DNA of 64,000 nt from Chitinophaga pinensis (GTDB taxonomy: Bacteria > Bacteroidota > Bacteroidia > B-17B0 > Aurantibacillaceae): positions 36,422 through 100,421 of the forward strand of contig CALRPF020000013.1 in NCBI GenBank assembly GCA_943369995.1. Direction: 5' to 3'. The translations under genes and the position numbers were made by a program. The notes beneath the pieces are model-generated. The model was not told where the DNA came from. It searched no databases and saw only the letters and a program-made list of their open reading frames with translations. Positions 54,864 through 64,000 of the stretch are shown piece after piece (the stretch's first letter is position 1; each line of letters starts with the position of its first letter).

Positions 54864-55613
54864 CTATTTTTCGAATTTTAGCAACTTAAGATCGGCGCCA
54901 TCAAACACTGCATAGGTTCTGTAATTTATCCATTCTCCTAAGTTAATATACCTCGCTTTTCCATCCACATCAAGATCGAGTGGTAAATGACGGTGACCAA
55001 AAATAAAATAGTCTATTTTGTTTTGTTTTAAATAATCACGACTGTATAAAAACAACCATTCGTTCTCATTTCCTAAAAATTTTTCATCAGAATCGCCGGT
55101 TGTTATTCTGCTCCGGCGACTGGTAAAGCGAGCAAACCAAAAAGAAAAATTGGGATGTAAACGTGAGTACAACCAATGGCATACTTTACTTGTAAAAACG
55201 ATCTTTAATAATTTATAGCCCTTATCTCCGGGACCCAAGCCATCGCCATGGCCAATATAAAATGTTTTGTTATTGTAAATTTTTGTTATTGGCTGATAAT
55301 GTACGGTAACATTTAATTCTTTAATAAAATAATCCTGCATCCACAGATCGTGATTACCAGTAAAGAAATGCACTTTAATGCCTGAATCGGTAAACTCTGC
55401 TATTTTACCCAGCAAACGCGTAAAGCCTTTAGGAACGGTGTATTTGTGCTCGAACCAAAAATCAAAAATATCACCCACCAGGTAAACTTCCTCTGCATCT
55501 GCTTTAATTGAATCGAGCCAACGGCAAACAGCTTTTTCACGCTCTAAACTTAATTCTAAAGTTGGAACACCTAAATGAAAATCGGAAGCAAAATATATTT
55601 TTTTAGCACTCAC
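54864..55613 (-). CDS. lpxH: UDP-2,3-diacylglucosamine diphosphatase (LpxH-like metallophosphoesterase)
   Basis: SDFHLG, GDIFDFW, GNHD, HGD, FGHRH, NLGEW; GTG start. Confidence 0.85.
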   Translation of the reverse strand: MSAKKIYFASDFHLGVPTLELSLEREKAVCRWLDSIKADAEEVYLVGDIFDFWFEHKYTVPKGFTRLLGKIAEFTDSGIKVHFFTGNHDLWMQDYFIKELNVTVHYQPITKIYNNKTFYIGHGDGLGPGDKGYKLLKIVFTSKVCHWLYSRLHPNFSFWFARFTSRRSRITTGDSDEKFLGNENEWLFLYSRDYLKQNKIDYFIFGHRHLPLDLDVDGKARYINLGEWINYRTYAVFDGADLKLLKFEK

Positions 55614-58600
55614 TTAAAATAAATTATCCTTTATTAAATTTTTAGCAACTAATTTATGAATATTAATTGTAAAACGTACAGTATTAATACCTTTTACGTT
55701 ATTGAGTTTCATGGTTGTTTTAATATCATTACTATAAGCCAGTGGAATATAAACATCTACTACATCTTTTAAGATATTAATATTTAATCCAACATCCCAT
55801 AAAAAAGGGTCGGTATTTAGTGCGCGCGCATCGCAAACCGCAACATCTGCAAATAGCTTTACGGGTAAAATAAAAAATGATGGTGATTTAATATTGGCTG
55901 CCAAAAGCCATTCAGGAGTTTGACCCAAAGGCGACCAAGCTTTTAATGCGCCATCAACATCAGCAAACTGGCTAAAACCAAAACCCCTGTACTGATTTCT
56001 GGCGAAGAAATTTGATTCGAATAAATAATCCTGATAACCATTGTAGCCACTGGCCCTGAAAGCATAATAACTTCTTTCGGATAAAGAACCTGCTAAAAAT
56101 GCCCCGGCAAATAAGCGTACATCAAAATATCGTTTACGACTCAATGTTATCTGGTAATTAAACGTAGCCGAAATTTTTGCCATACTCGCTGTGTGCTGTA
56201 ATTCTACGTTTAAAACAAATGGATTAATGATACGTTTATTACTTAGATTATAATTTAATTTATTTACAAATGAATAGGCGTTATATTTTTTTGACTCAAT
56301 CGTATCGTTTAAATATATACTATTGCTGAATTTCACACTATCAACAAATAAGTTATTGTTTGAGTAACTTATTGAATGGTGAATGGTGCTGTTTGCATCC
56401 TTTTGTTTAAGATCAAATTGTAAAAACGGGGCTATTTTATAATAATTAAGATGATCTATTTTAAGATCCGCTGTATTCGCTCCGTAGGTTGTGCCGCTTA
56501 AAAAATTATCGTACGCAAACGATTTTGCTTTAACTCCAAAAGTAATTTGTTGTATTGCCTTTTTAGGAAAGAAGTTTAGTCCAACATCTGCAAAGCCTCC
56601 GGGGCTTTTAGATTCAAAGCCAAACATAGGTGCAAAGTAATAATCAAAACGTTTTTGGTACAAACTATAATTATGAATTGTTACACCGGCCATAAAACCA
56701 TTATAATAATTAGCCCCAAATAATGGTAGATAATTTATTTGCGTTTTAGTTGGATCTTCTAATTTTGTAATAAGATTAAACTGTAAAGGTTTTGCTTTTT
56801 TAAAAATACCTCTTGCGCGTATGTAATTATTTTTACGGTTTACATCCGGCATTTTATCAAGACCATCAATTTTAAAATAGTCCACATCCATTGGTGGGAA
56901 TTCGACAGTGCCTCTTTTACTAAAGCCATTATACCATATCAATCCAACCGGTTTATCATCTTTAAAACCATATACATTTACCGGTGTAGCAATGCCCGTT
57001 TTGTTTTTTACGTTTAGTCTAAAGCTACCATCCTTATTTTTTTTAACGCTTTTAATTTTATAATCAATCTTATCGGTAGATGATATTAAATGCGTGGTAA
57101 ACCACGATAGATCCATTCCGCTAAAAAAGTTTAAGGTTTTTACAAGGTCTTTTTGCGATGGATGTTTAAATTTATATTGTTCATAATAAAACTGCATAGC
57201 TTTATCAAGATTATTTTCGCCCATGTAATCCATTAGGTAATCAAATACGACAGGTGTTTTACTGTAAACAATACTTCCATAATTAAATTCAGAAAAATCC
57301 TGCGATGCAATATCTAAAGGTTGATCATTTCTTGCTTTTGCTGAAATAAAATAAGCAATTTCTTTTTCACGCCAATAAGGGGTTTTATTTACGCCAAACA
57401 ACTTAAAATTTTCTTTAACGCCAATAAGATCAGATAGTTTTTTATCAGGATATTTTGCGCGCATATAACGCAATTCGTAAAACGAATTTATACCTTCATC
57501 CAAAGTGGGATGATCACGTTCATTACTTCCTAAAATACCGTAAAACCAATTGTGGCCAACCTCATGTGCAATAGTTATATCAAGATCGAACTCATTGCTC
57601 ATATCGCCAATAACAGTAATGTTTGGATACTCCATACCGCCGCCGGCCATAATAGTACCATCAATTGCAGTTACATGATTGTACGGATAGTCACCATTTA
57701 AATAGGAGTAAAAAATGGTTGATTCGTTTACATAGTTGATGGCATTTTTCCAAAGCTTGAAATTTTTATTCGTAAAAAAAATCCAGGTATCTACTGTTCT
57801 TTTAGTATTTGGAACTTCGATCTGATCATGTAACACATTAAAACGCTTATCGGCAAACCATGCAAAATCGTGTACACGAAATTGTTTAAAACGAATGGTC
57901 TTTGTTTCTTTTGAAGATTCAGGAAACGCCATATCAGCCGAACGAAAATCCTCTTTATCCAAACGCTGTAAAGTTTCCTTTACTTTTTCATTCAAAAAAT
58001 ATTCTTCTTCTTCGGCATCAATTCTATCGCCCGTAGCAGATAAAAGATAATTTTTCGGCACCGTAATCTTTACATCAAAGCTTCCAAACTCGCTGTAAAA
58101 TTCGCCTTGATCCAGATAGGGCATTTGATGCCAGCCATCATTATCAAACACCGCAGGCTTTGGATACCACTGTGTAATAAAATAAGCCTGTTCGGTATGA
58201 CCTAATCGCGAAAATTTTGCATCAGGTATCTTTACAAAAAAAGGAGTAGTGATTATAAGTGTATCGAGCGAACGTAAAGGTTCGTTCAATATTAGTTTAC
58301 AAATATCAATGTGTTCTTTATCAAATTCCCATTTTATTTCTTTACCGTTTACTTTAAAATTTAAGCTGTCAATAAAGCCTCTTTCTTCTTTCTTCGAAAA
58401 ATAAAAATCAGTTTTTTTATGGATCAATAATTGTTTTGCAAGCGCGGTTGAATGGTCTTTATAAGCATTTGGCCATAAATGAAAATAGATGTAGTTTAAA
58501 GATTGACTGGAATTATTGATGTATTGAATCTCTTCGTTAGCAGACAGAACATGTGTAACGTCGTTTAATTTTACGTCAATTTTATAATTTACTTCTTGTT

Positions 58601-58703
58601 GAAAATACGTTTGTTGAGAAAACAGGTTATTGCTAATAACAAAAATCGCCACAAGCCAATTGCAGCGATTTACTATTTTTATGTTCTTAAAATTACTTAA
58701 CAA
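55614..58703 (-). CDS. M1 family metallopeptidase with long C-terminal extension
   Basis: GGMEYP, HEVGHNW (HExxH), DEG; QWYPK; amphipathic strand-rich C-terminal region; start codon uncertain. Confidence 0.88.
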   Translation of the reverse strand: MLSNFKNIKIVNRCNWLVAIFVISNNLFSQQTYFQQEVNYKIDVKLNDVTHVLSANEEIQYINNSSQSLNYIYFHLWPNAYKDHSTALAKQLLIHKKTDFYFSKKEERGFIDSLNFKVNGKEIKWEFDKEHIDICKLILNEPLRSLDTLIITTPFFVKIPDAKFSRLGHTEQAYFITQWYPKPAVFDNDGWHQMPYLDQGEFYSEFGSFDVKITVPKNYLLSATGDRIDAEEEEYFLNEKVKETLQRLDKEDFRSADMAFPESSKETKTIRFKQFRVHDFAWFADKRFNVLHDQIEVPNTKRTVDTWIFFTNKNFKLWKNAINYVNESTIFYSYLNGDYPYNHVTAIDGTIMAGGGMEYPNITVIGDMSNEFDLDITIAHEVGHNWFYGILGSNERDHPTLDEGINSFYELRYMRAKYPDKKLSDLIGVKENFKLFGVNKTPYWREKEIAYFISAKARNDQPLDIASQDFSEFNYGSIVYSKTPVVFDYLMDYMGENNLDKAMQFYYEQYKFKHPSQKDLVKTLNFFSGMDLSWFTTHLISSTDKIDYKIKSVKKNKDGSFRLNVKNKTGIATPVNVYGFKDDKPVGLIWYNGFSKRGTVEFPPMDVDYFKIDGLDKMPDVNRKNNYIRARGIFKKAKPLQFNLITKLEDPTKTQINYLPLFGANYYNGFMAGVTIHNYSLYQKRFDYYFAPMFGFESKSPGGFADVGLNFFPKKAIQQITFGVKAKSFAYDNFLSGTTYGANTADLKIDHLNYYKIAPFLQFDLKQKDANSTIHHSISYSNNNLFVDSVKFSNSIYLNDTIESKKYNAYSFVNKLNYNLSNKRIINPFVLNVELQHTASMAKISATFNYQITLSRKRYFDVRLFAGAFLAGSLSERSYYAFRASGYNGYQDYLFESNFFARNQYRGFGFSQFADVDGALKAWSPLGQTPEWLLAANIKSPSFFILPVKLFADVAVCDARALNTDPFLWDVGLNINILKDVVDVYIPLAYSNDIKTTMKLNNVKGINTVRFTINIHKLVAKNLIKDNLF

Positions 58704-59834
58704 TTATTTTGATGCTATTGCTTTTTCAATTGCTTTCTCTAATTCTGCCCCACGTAAATTTTTAGCAATTATTTTTCCTTCTTTATCCAGTAACACCGTG
58801 TATGGAATTCCCTCAACAGCGTATAATTTTGCAGCATAACTATCCCAATATTTAAGATCACTTACCTGTGGCCATGTAATACCATCTTTTTGAATTGCTT
58901 CTACCCAACGACCTTTATCCTGGTCTAGAGAAACACCATAGATCTCAAAACCTTTATCCTTATATTTTGCGTAGGCTTTTACAACGTTAGGCATTTCTTT
59001 TCTGCAAGGGCCGCACCAGCTGGCCCAAAAATCTACCAATACAATTTTTCCTTTTAAAGATGATAAGGCTAATTCTTTATCATCCGGTGTAGGTAATACT
59101 ATTTCAGGAGCTTGTTGACCAATAGTTGTCGCTAACATTTTTGTTACTACGTCATGAAACATTCTTACACCTTTATCTGAAGGATATTTTTTACTTAAAC
59201 CTTCATCCAAAATTTTATAAAGATCGCCGAATTTATCCGGCTCCATTCCCTGTATTGCTATCATTGAAGCATACTTGTCGGGGTTTTTTGTAATTTTTTC
59301 AGCGATAACAGTATTAAAATTATTCATTATCTCGTTAAAAGGTTTTTCAAAGATGTTGCTTAAGGAATCCATTTTTAAAGAATCCATTTTAACGCTTTGC
59401 ACAATTGCCTGAAATGCCTGGTTTAAAGAATCCATACGTATATTCTTTTTGTTTGTGATCTCATTATACTCCACAAACAAAGCTGTTTCAGGCGATCCTT
59501 CAACTTTATATGTTCTTGCAAGATCTTTTAAATTGGCAGTAAGCTTAACTTTATCGGCACTGTCTAAAACCAGCATAGCAAAATTTTGTTGATTTAATTT
59601 AATGCGATAAAATCCAATATGTGGTGTGTATGTTTTAAATTCGAAATTACCTTGTTCGTCAATTACCGTGCTATCCACAACAACAGGCTGAGGGTTGATT
59701 AATTTTTCGAGATAAATGGTTTCACCGTTCGAATTGCTTAAAGTTCCTTTTAATTCAAAGCTTCCTGTTCTTTTGGTTTCTCCGCAAGATGATAAAATGG
59801 CTATTGCTGCAATAGCGCTTATTGTTTTAAACAT
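58704..59834 (-). CDS. TlpA/ResA-like thioredoxin lipoprotein with N-terminal DUF4369-like domain
   Basis: Lipobox LSSC (start moved to the ATG at 59834); DFWASWCGPC; GIP...LLD.EG.I. Confidence 0.9.
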   Translation of the reverse strand: MFKTISAIAAIAILSSCGETKRTGSFELKGTLSNSNGETIYLEKLINPQPVVVDSTVIDEQGNFEFKTYTPHIGFYRIKLNQQNFAMLVLDSADKVKLTANLKDLARTYKVEGSPETALFVEYNEITNKKNIRMDSLNQAFQAIVQSVKMDSLKMDSLSNIFEKPFNEIMNNFNTVIAEKITKNPDKYASMIAIQGMEPDKFGDLYKILDEGLSKKYPSDKGVRMFHDVVTKMLATTIGQQAPEIVLPTPDDKELALSSLKGKIVLVDFWASWCGPCRKEMPNVVKAYAKYKDKGFEIYGVSLDQDKGRWVEAIQKDGITWPQVSDLKYWDSYAAKLYAVEGIPYTVLLDKEGKIIAKNLRGAELEKAIEKAIASK

Positions 59835-59838
59835 GATT

Positions 59839-61290
59839 TTATTTTTCAAGTGTTTCTTTTACTAACTGGTTTAATAATTTAGGATCTGCTTTTCCTTTGC
59901 TTAATTTCATTGCTTCGCCCACAAACATTCCTAATAAGCCAACTTTTCCATTTTTATACTCTGTAACTTTTTCAGGAAATTTTGACAATGCCGCATCAAT
60001 TATACTTTGCAGCTCACTACTATTACTGTTTTGCAAAAGATCTAATTCTTTGGCAATTTGTTCGGCAGTTTTACTTTGGTTATTCATTAACTCAGGAAAT
60101 ATACTTTGAGCGGCAGCAGCGTTACTTACTTTACCATCGTCGATCAACGAAATTATTTCAGCAATTTTTTTGGGTGCTAATGTAAATTCAGAAATAGTTA
60201 AAGCGCGTTCATTTAAATATGCTTTAATAGGGCCCATAACCCAATTGGCCGCGCTTTTATAATTTTTAGTGAAGGTAACAAGCTTATTATAATATGCGGC
60301 AACTTCTTTCAGATCTATTAACTGAAGCGCATCGTATTCGGTAAGCTTATATGTTTTTGTATATAAATTAAAAAGTTCATCGGGTAAAACAGGAAGATCT
60401 TTTTTTATTTTATTTATATACTCTTGTGTAACAAAAACAGGTTGAAGATCGGGCTCCGGGAAATAACGGTAGTCGTTTGCATTTTCTTTACTTCTTAAAG
60501 AAAAAGTAATTCCTTTTACCGCGTCAAAGCTTCTTGTCTCTCCAGCAATTAACTCGCCTGCTTCAATAAGATCTATTTGCCTTTTAATTTCAAAATCAAT
60601 AGCGCGTTGAACATTTCTGAAAGAGTTCATGTTCTTTACCTCAACTTTTTTTCCAAACTCTTTTGCGCCTTTTAACATTACCGAAATATTTGCATCGCAA
60701 CGTAACGAACCTTCTTCCATATTACCATCGCAAATATCAAGATAACGTACTAATTTTCTTACCTCAGTTAAATAGGCATACGCTTCTTCGCCACTTCTAA
60801 AATCAGGCTCTGTAACTATTTCCAATAATGGAGTTCCCGCGCGGTTAAGATCTATTAACGTTTCAAAAGGATCGATATCATGCAGACTTTTTCCTGCATC
60901 TTCTTCCATATGAATACGTGTAAGATTTATTTTTTTTGTAGAACCGTCTTTTAATTTTGCTGTAATAAAACCACCATTACATATTGGTGTTTTATCCTGC
61001 GTAATTTGATATCCTTTTGGAAGATCGGCATAAAAATAATTTTTACGGGCAAACTGATTCTCTTCGCGAATATCTGCATTTACGGCGATACCTAATTTTA
61101 CCGCAAATTCAATTGCTTTACTATTAACAACAGGTAAAGTGCCGGGGTGACCTAAAGTTACCACACTAACGTTTGTATTTGGCAATGCGCCATATTCAGC
61201 AACATCATTACTATACATTTTAGTTTTTGTAAGTAACTGAATGTGGCATTCTAAACCTATAACGGTTTCGTATTTATCGTAAACGCTCAT
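59839..61290 (-). CDS. gatB: Asp-tRNA(Asn)/Glu-tRNA(Gln) amidotransferase subunit B
   Basis: IGLECH, PGTLPV, RKNYFY.DLPKGYQITQ, HMEEDAGK, NRAG.PL.EIVTEP, YRYFPEPDL. Confidence 0.97.
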   Translation of the reverse strand: MSVYDKYETVIGLECHIQLLTKTKMYSNDVAEYGALPNTNVSVVTLGHPGTLPVVNSKAIEFAVKLGIAVNADIREENQFARKNYFYADLPKGYQITQDKTPICNGGFITAKLKDGSTKKINLTRIHMEEDAGKSLHDIDPFETLIDLNRAGTPLLEIVTEPDFRSGEEAYAYLTEVRKLVRYLDICDGNMEEGSLRCDANISVMLKGAKEFGKKVEVKNMNSFRNVQRAIDFEIKRQIDLIEAGELIAGETRSFDAVKGITFSLRSKENANDYRYFPEPDLQPVFVTQEYINKIKKDLPVLPDELFNLYTKTYKLTEYDALQLIDLKEVAAYYNKLVTFTKNYKSAANWVMGPIKAYLNERALTISEFTLAPKKIAEIISLIDDGKVSNAAAAQSIFPELMNNQSKTAEQIAKELDLLQNSNSSELQSIIDAALSKFPEKVTEYKNGKVGLLGMFVGEAMKLSKGKADPKLLNQLVKETLEK

Positions 61291-61345
61291 AAAATTGCCC
61301 TTAAAGATACTATTTTTTAATGGTATACAATTGCCATAAAAAACA

Positions 61346-61378
61346 AAAAAGGCGGTAGGTTAAACCTACCGCCTTTTT
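61346..61378 (-). terminator. Strong intrinsic terminator after the GEVED gene
   Basis: AAAAAGGCGGTAGGT-taa-ACCTACCGCCTTTTT perfect 15-bp inverted repeat. Confidence 0.88.
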
Positions 61379-61395
61379 AATAAACATTCGTTAAA

Positions 61396-64000
61396 TTATT
61401 CCTTAACTAATTTACCTTCTTTAATAACTACTTTAGTAGTTAACGAAGTGATTTTATAAGTATATAAACCATTAGCTAATTCTTTAATGCTTAAAGCACT
61501 TTCTGCTTTAGATAAAGTAGTTTTATAAACTACTCTGCCTGCAAGATCAAGAACCTGGAAAGCGTAACTTCCGCTAGCATCCTGAATTACAACATTAATA
61601 TTACCGCTATTTGGATTAGGATAAATGAACGTGTTGTTATCGATAACAGTATTTTTAGCAATACCTGTACAAACAACTACAAACACGGTTACGTTAGAGT
61701 TAGTAACACAGCCTAAACTACTTGTAGTAGCTACGTTATATACACTCGAAATAGAAGGAGAAACAGTGATAGCAGAGGTTGTAAATGTTCCAGGTGACCA
61801 TGTATAGTTATTGGCACTTGAAGTAGCAGATATTACAGCATTTCCACCAGAACAAATTGAAGGCGAAGGAGCCACTGCCAATGTAGGACTTGGGTTTACA
61901 GTTACAGCAATTGTTTTACTGCTTGGGCAACCTGGCGTATTTTGACCGCTTACAGTATACGTAGTATTAACCGAAGGTGTAACACTTATCGAAGCCGTTT
62001 GAGCCGAAGTATTCCAGGTATAAGTTGCAGCGCCTGATGCAGTTAAAGTTACTGCGTTTCCGCTACAAACAGTGCTTTGCGATGCAGTTAAAGTAAGAAC
62101 AGGTGCAGCACAAGAACTCTTAATCTGTAAACTATCCATACCAATATCATCTGTAAAATCACCATAAGCAGAGAATTTAACAACACATGTAGGTGAACTC
62201 GTAGAATTTAACACAAGTGTTTTTTTGTTCCAGCTTAAATCAAGCGGGTTATAGTCACCAGAAACAAAACTACCCTGATAGTTATAAGTAGTTCCACCAT
62301 CTGTAGATAAATACACACCTAATGAGTCATCACCGAAAACGTTAACGTGATAGAATGATAAGGTATGAGTAGCTGCTGAACTTAAGTTCACATAAAGCAT
62401 TAGATCACCCTGACTGAAATTATCCCAGCTATGGAAATCTGCACAGCCTGCACCAGTTAAAGGAGCTTGCGTAAATGTGCTTGAAGACCACACTGCGGTT
62501 GCACCATCATCTTGTCTTCTCCAAGATTCATCTCCGGTTGTAGGATTACTATCCCAATTTGCAGCTACAGGAACGTTGTGAATATCACAACGGTTTTGCC
62601 ATGTATTATCAAAGTTCTCTAAGAAAGGAACCGGAGCATAAACGGGAGCACCTAAAATGTTAACCTGAACAGGAGTTGCTGTAGTACTGATAGGACTGCT
62701 TGAACAAGTAACTACTACCTGGTAATATAAAGGGTTAGTAATGCTTGTGAATGAATATGGAACGGTAGTTGCGCCAGACACAGCAGTGTATGGTCCTGAA
62801 AGATTAGTTGCAGTTTGCCATTGGTAACTTAAACCACCCACAGTATATGAAGTAGCCACATTTAAATTAGAGCTACCACCTGAACAAACCATAGTTTGGC
62901 TCGCAACTGAAATATTAGCTGCAGGCGAACCTGTACAAGGTGTTGGAGGTGTAATGTTTATACAATAGTCTTCTGTTTCACCGTAAAAATAAGTACCACA
63001 ATCAGGTTGAGGCGTTGTAACCTCAGCACAAATAATACGCATACGGGTAGTACCAACACTTGCATTTGCTGGAATTTGAACAATAGTCGTAAATGTTGTT
63101 CCTGCAATTTGGAATGGTGTGTAAGCTGAAGTATAAACTGTTTCACCCGGATCACCAAATGATCCGTTTTGGTTAAAATCCATATAAGCTGTAATAATAC
63201 CAGAATACACTCCTGTGCCGCACTGCCCTGCGGTAATGCTTAATGTGTAATTTAAACCTGCTGCTAAATTTGGAGAAGCAAGAATACCTGTGTAATTAGA
63301 ATACAAGTTAAGGGTTGATGTTGGAGAGCTTCCTGTTTGAGAGCAGTTTGAAGTATTATTTAAAGTGCCTATAGATACGTTGAAAATCTCATCATCGAAA
63401 GTATTTGTTGCGTTAGATGTACAATAAGAAGCGCATTGGCAAGGAGTACCACCAACCATTACCTGAACGGGAGTTGATGTTGTACTTGCAGGACCATTTG
63501 TACATGTAATTACGGCTTGATAATATAAAGAAGCGCTTATATTTGTAAATGTATATGCACTTGTTGTAGCACCAGAAACCGAAGTGTAAGGACCAGAAAC
63601 TGTAGTAGATGTATACCATTGGTAAGTTAAACCGCCAAGTGTATATGATGTTGCTAAACCTAAGTTAGAAGAACCACCAGGGCAAACGTTAGTCGCACTT
63701 GCAACTGCCGAGTTTGCAGCAGGGGCACCTGCACAAGGAGTGCCAGGAGCTATGTTAATACAATAATCTTCTGTTTCACCCCATGTATACCCGGCACATT
63801 CACCAGTACCGGTATTAGATTCTACAGCAATTACACGCATACGTGTAATACCAGGAGTTGCACTGGCAGGGATAGTAATTACAGTAGAATTAAGAGTTCC
63901 TGCAATAGCCCAAAGGGTCAATGGACCTACAAAAACCTGCTCACCCGGATCAGCAAATGAACCATTTTGATTATAATCAATATAAACAGTTACACCACCA
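61396..64000 (-). CDS. T9SS type A cargo with GEVED domains, Ig-like repeats and a MAM/cleaved-adhesin-like domain; 5'-truncated by the window
   Basis: Frame stays open to the window edge (GGVTVYIDYNQNGSFADPGE...); two GETEDY motifs; CTD IYPNPN...GLY.Y...K.VK. Confidence 0.88.
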   Translation of the reverse strand, partial: GGVTVYIDYNQNGSFADPGEQVFVGPLTLWAIAGTLNSTVITIPASATPGITRMRVIAVESNTGTGECAGYTWGETEDYCINIAPGTPCAGAPAANSAVASATNVCPGGSSNLGLATSYTLGGLTYQWYTSTTVSGPYTSVSGATTSAYTFTNISASLYYQAVITCTNGPASTTSTPVQVMVGGTPCQCASYCTSNATNTFDDEIFNVSIGTLNNTSNCSQTGSSPTSTLNLYSNYTGILASPNLAAGLNYTLSITAGQCGTGVYSGIITAYMDFNQNGSFGDPGETVYTSAYTPFQIAGTTFTTIVQIPANASVGTTRMRIICAEVTTPQPDCGTYFYGETEDYCINITPPTPCTGSPAANISVASQTMVCSGGSSNLNVATSYTVGGLSYQWQTATNLSGPYTAVSGATTVPYSFTSITNPLYYQVVVTCSSSPISTTATPVQVNILGAPVYAPVPFLENFDNTWQNRCDIHNVPVAANWDSNPTTGDESWRRQDDGATAVWSSSTFTQAPLTGAGCADFHSWDNFSQGDLMLYVNLSSAATHTLSFYHVNVFGDDSLGVYLSTDGGTTYNYQGSFVSGDYNPLDLSWNKKTLVLNSTSSPTCVVKFSAYGDFTDDIGMDSLQIKSSCAAPVLTLTASQSTVCSGNAVTLTASGAATYTWNTSAQTASISVTPSVNTTYTVSGQNTPGCPSSKTIAVTVNPSPTLAVAPSPSICSGGNAVISATSSANNYTWSPGTFTTSAITVSPSISSVYNVATTSSLGCVTNSNVTVFVVVCTGIAKNTVIDNNTFIYPNPNSGNINVVIQDASGSYAFQVLDLAGRVVYKTTLSKAESALSIKELANGLYTYKITSLTTKVVIKEGKLVKE

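Noticed and set aside
59839-61290. gatB without adjacent gatA/gatC
   Set aside because: Scattered gat genes are not unusual and the rest of the genome is not visible
61396-64000. Repeats in the GEVED gene as a CRISPR array or mobile element
   Set aside because: They are long, in-frame, degenerate protein-domain repeats with no spacers or cas genes
1-64000. tRNA, rRNA, riboswitch, IS, prophage or defence genes
   Set aside because: No intergenic gap exceeds about 240 nt and no signature motifs were seen; an Infernal/tRNAscan run would be needed to exclude small ncRNAs completely

Overview
AT-rich chromosomal segment of a Bacteroidota bacterium, inferred from T9SS C-terminal domains, a GldN homologue, TAnnTTTG (-7) promoter boxes and A-rich leaders without Shine-Dalgarno sites. 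It is densely coding. I saw no rRNA, tRNA, CRISPR array, transposase or integrase. Core genes: purQ, mreB-mreC-mreD-mrdA-rodA, PBP1A, scoA/scoB, speA, arginase, nadE, pheT, ilvE, lpxH, gatB. Accessory content: six GT-C-fold membrane glycosyltransferase-like genes, an MBOAT plus DltD-like pair, five T9SS cargo genes and a heavy-metal efflux locus. Two candidate systems stand out. (1) A His-rich, signal-bearing uORF ending in the ribosome-arrest motif RAPP (44740-45126) directly upstream of a CzcA-TolC fusion and czcB, a candidate metal-sensing nascent-peptide switch. (2) A 14-gene, about 19 kb minus-strand run in which GT-C genes and the MBOAT/DltD-like pair are interleaved with the elongasome, PBP1A and the split scoA/scoB genes, several of them translationally coupled; a candidate envelope glycosylation and acylation pathway. 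All family calls come from motifs recognised by eye; no database search or computation was run.
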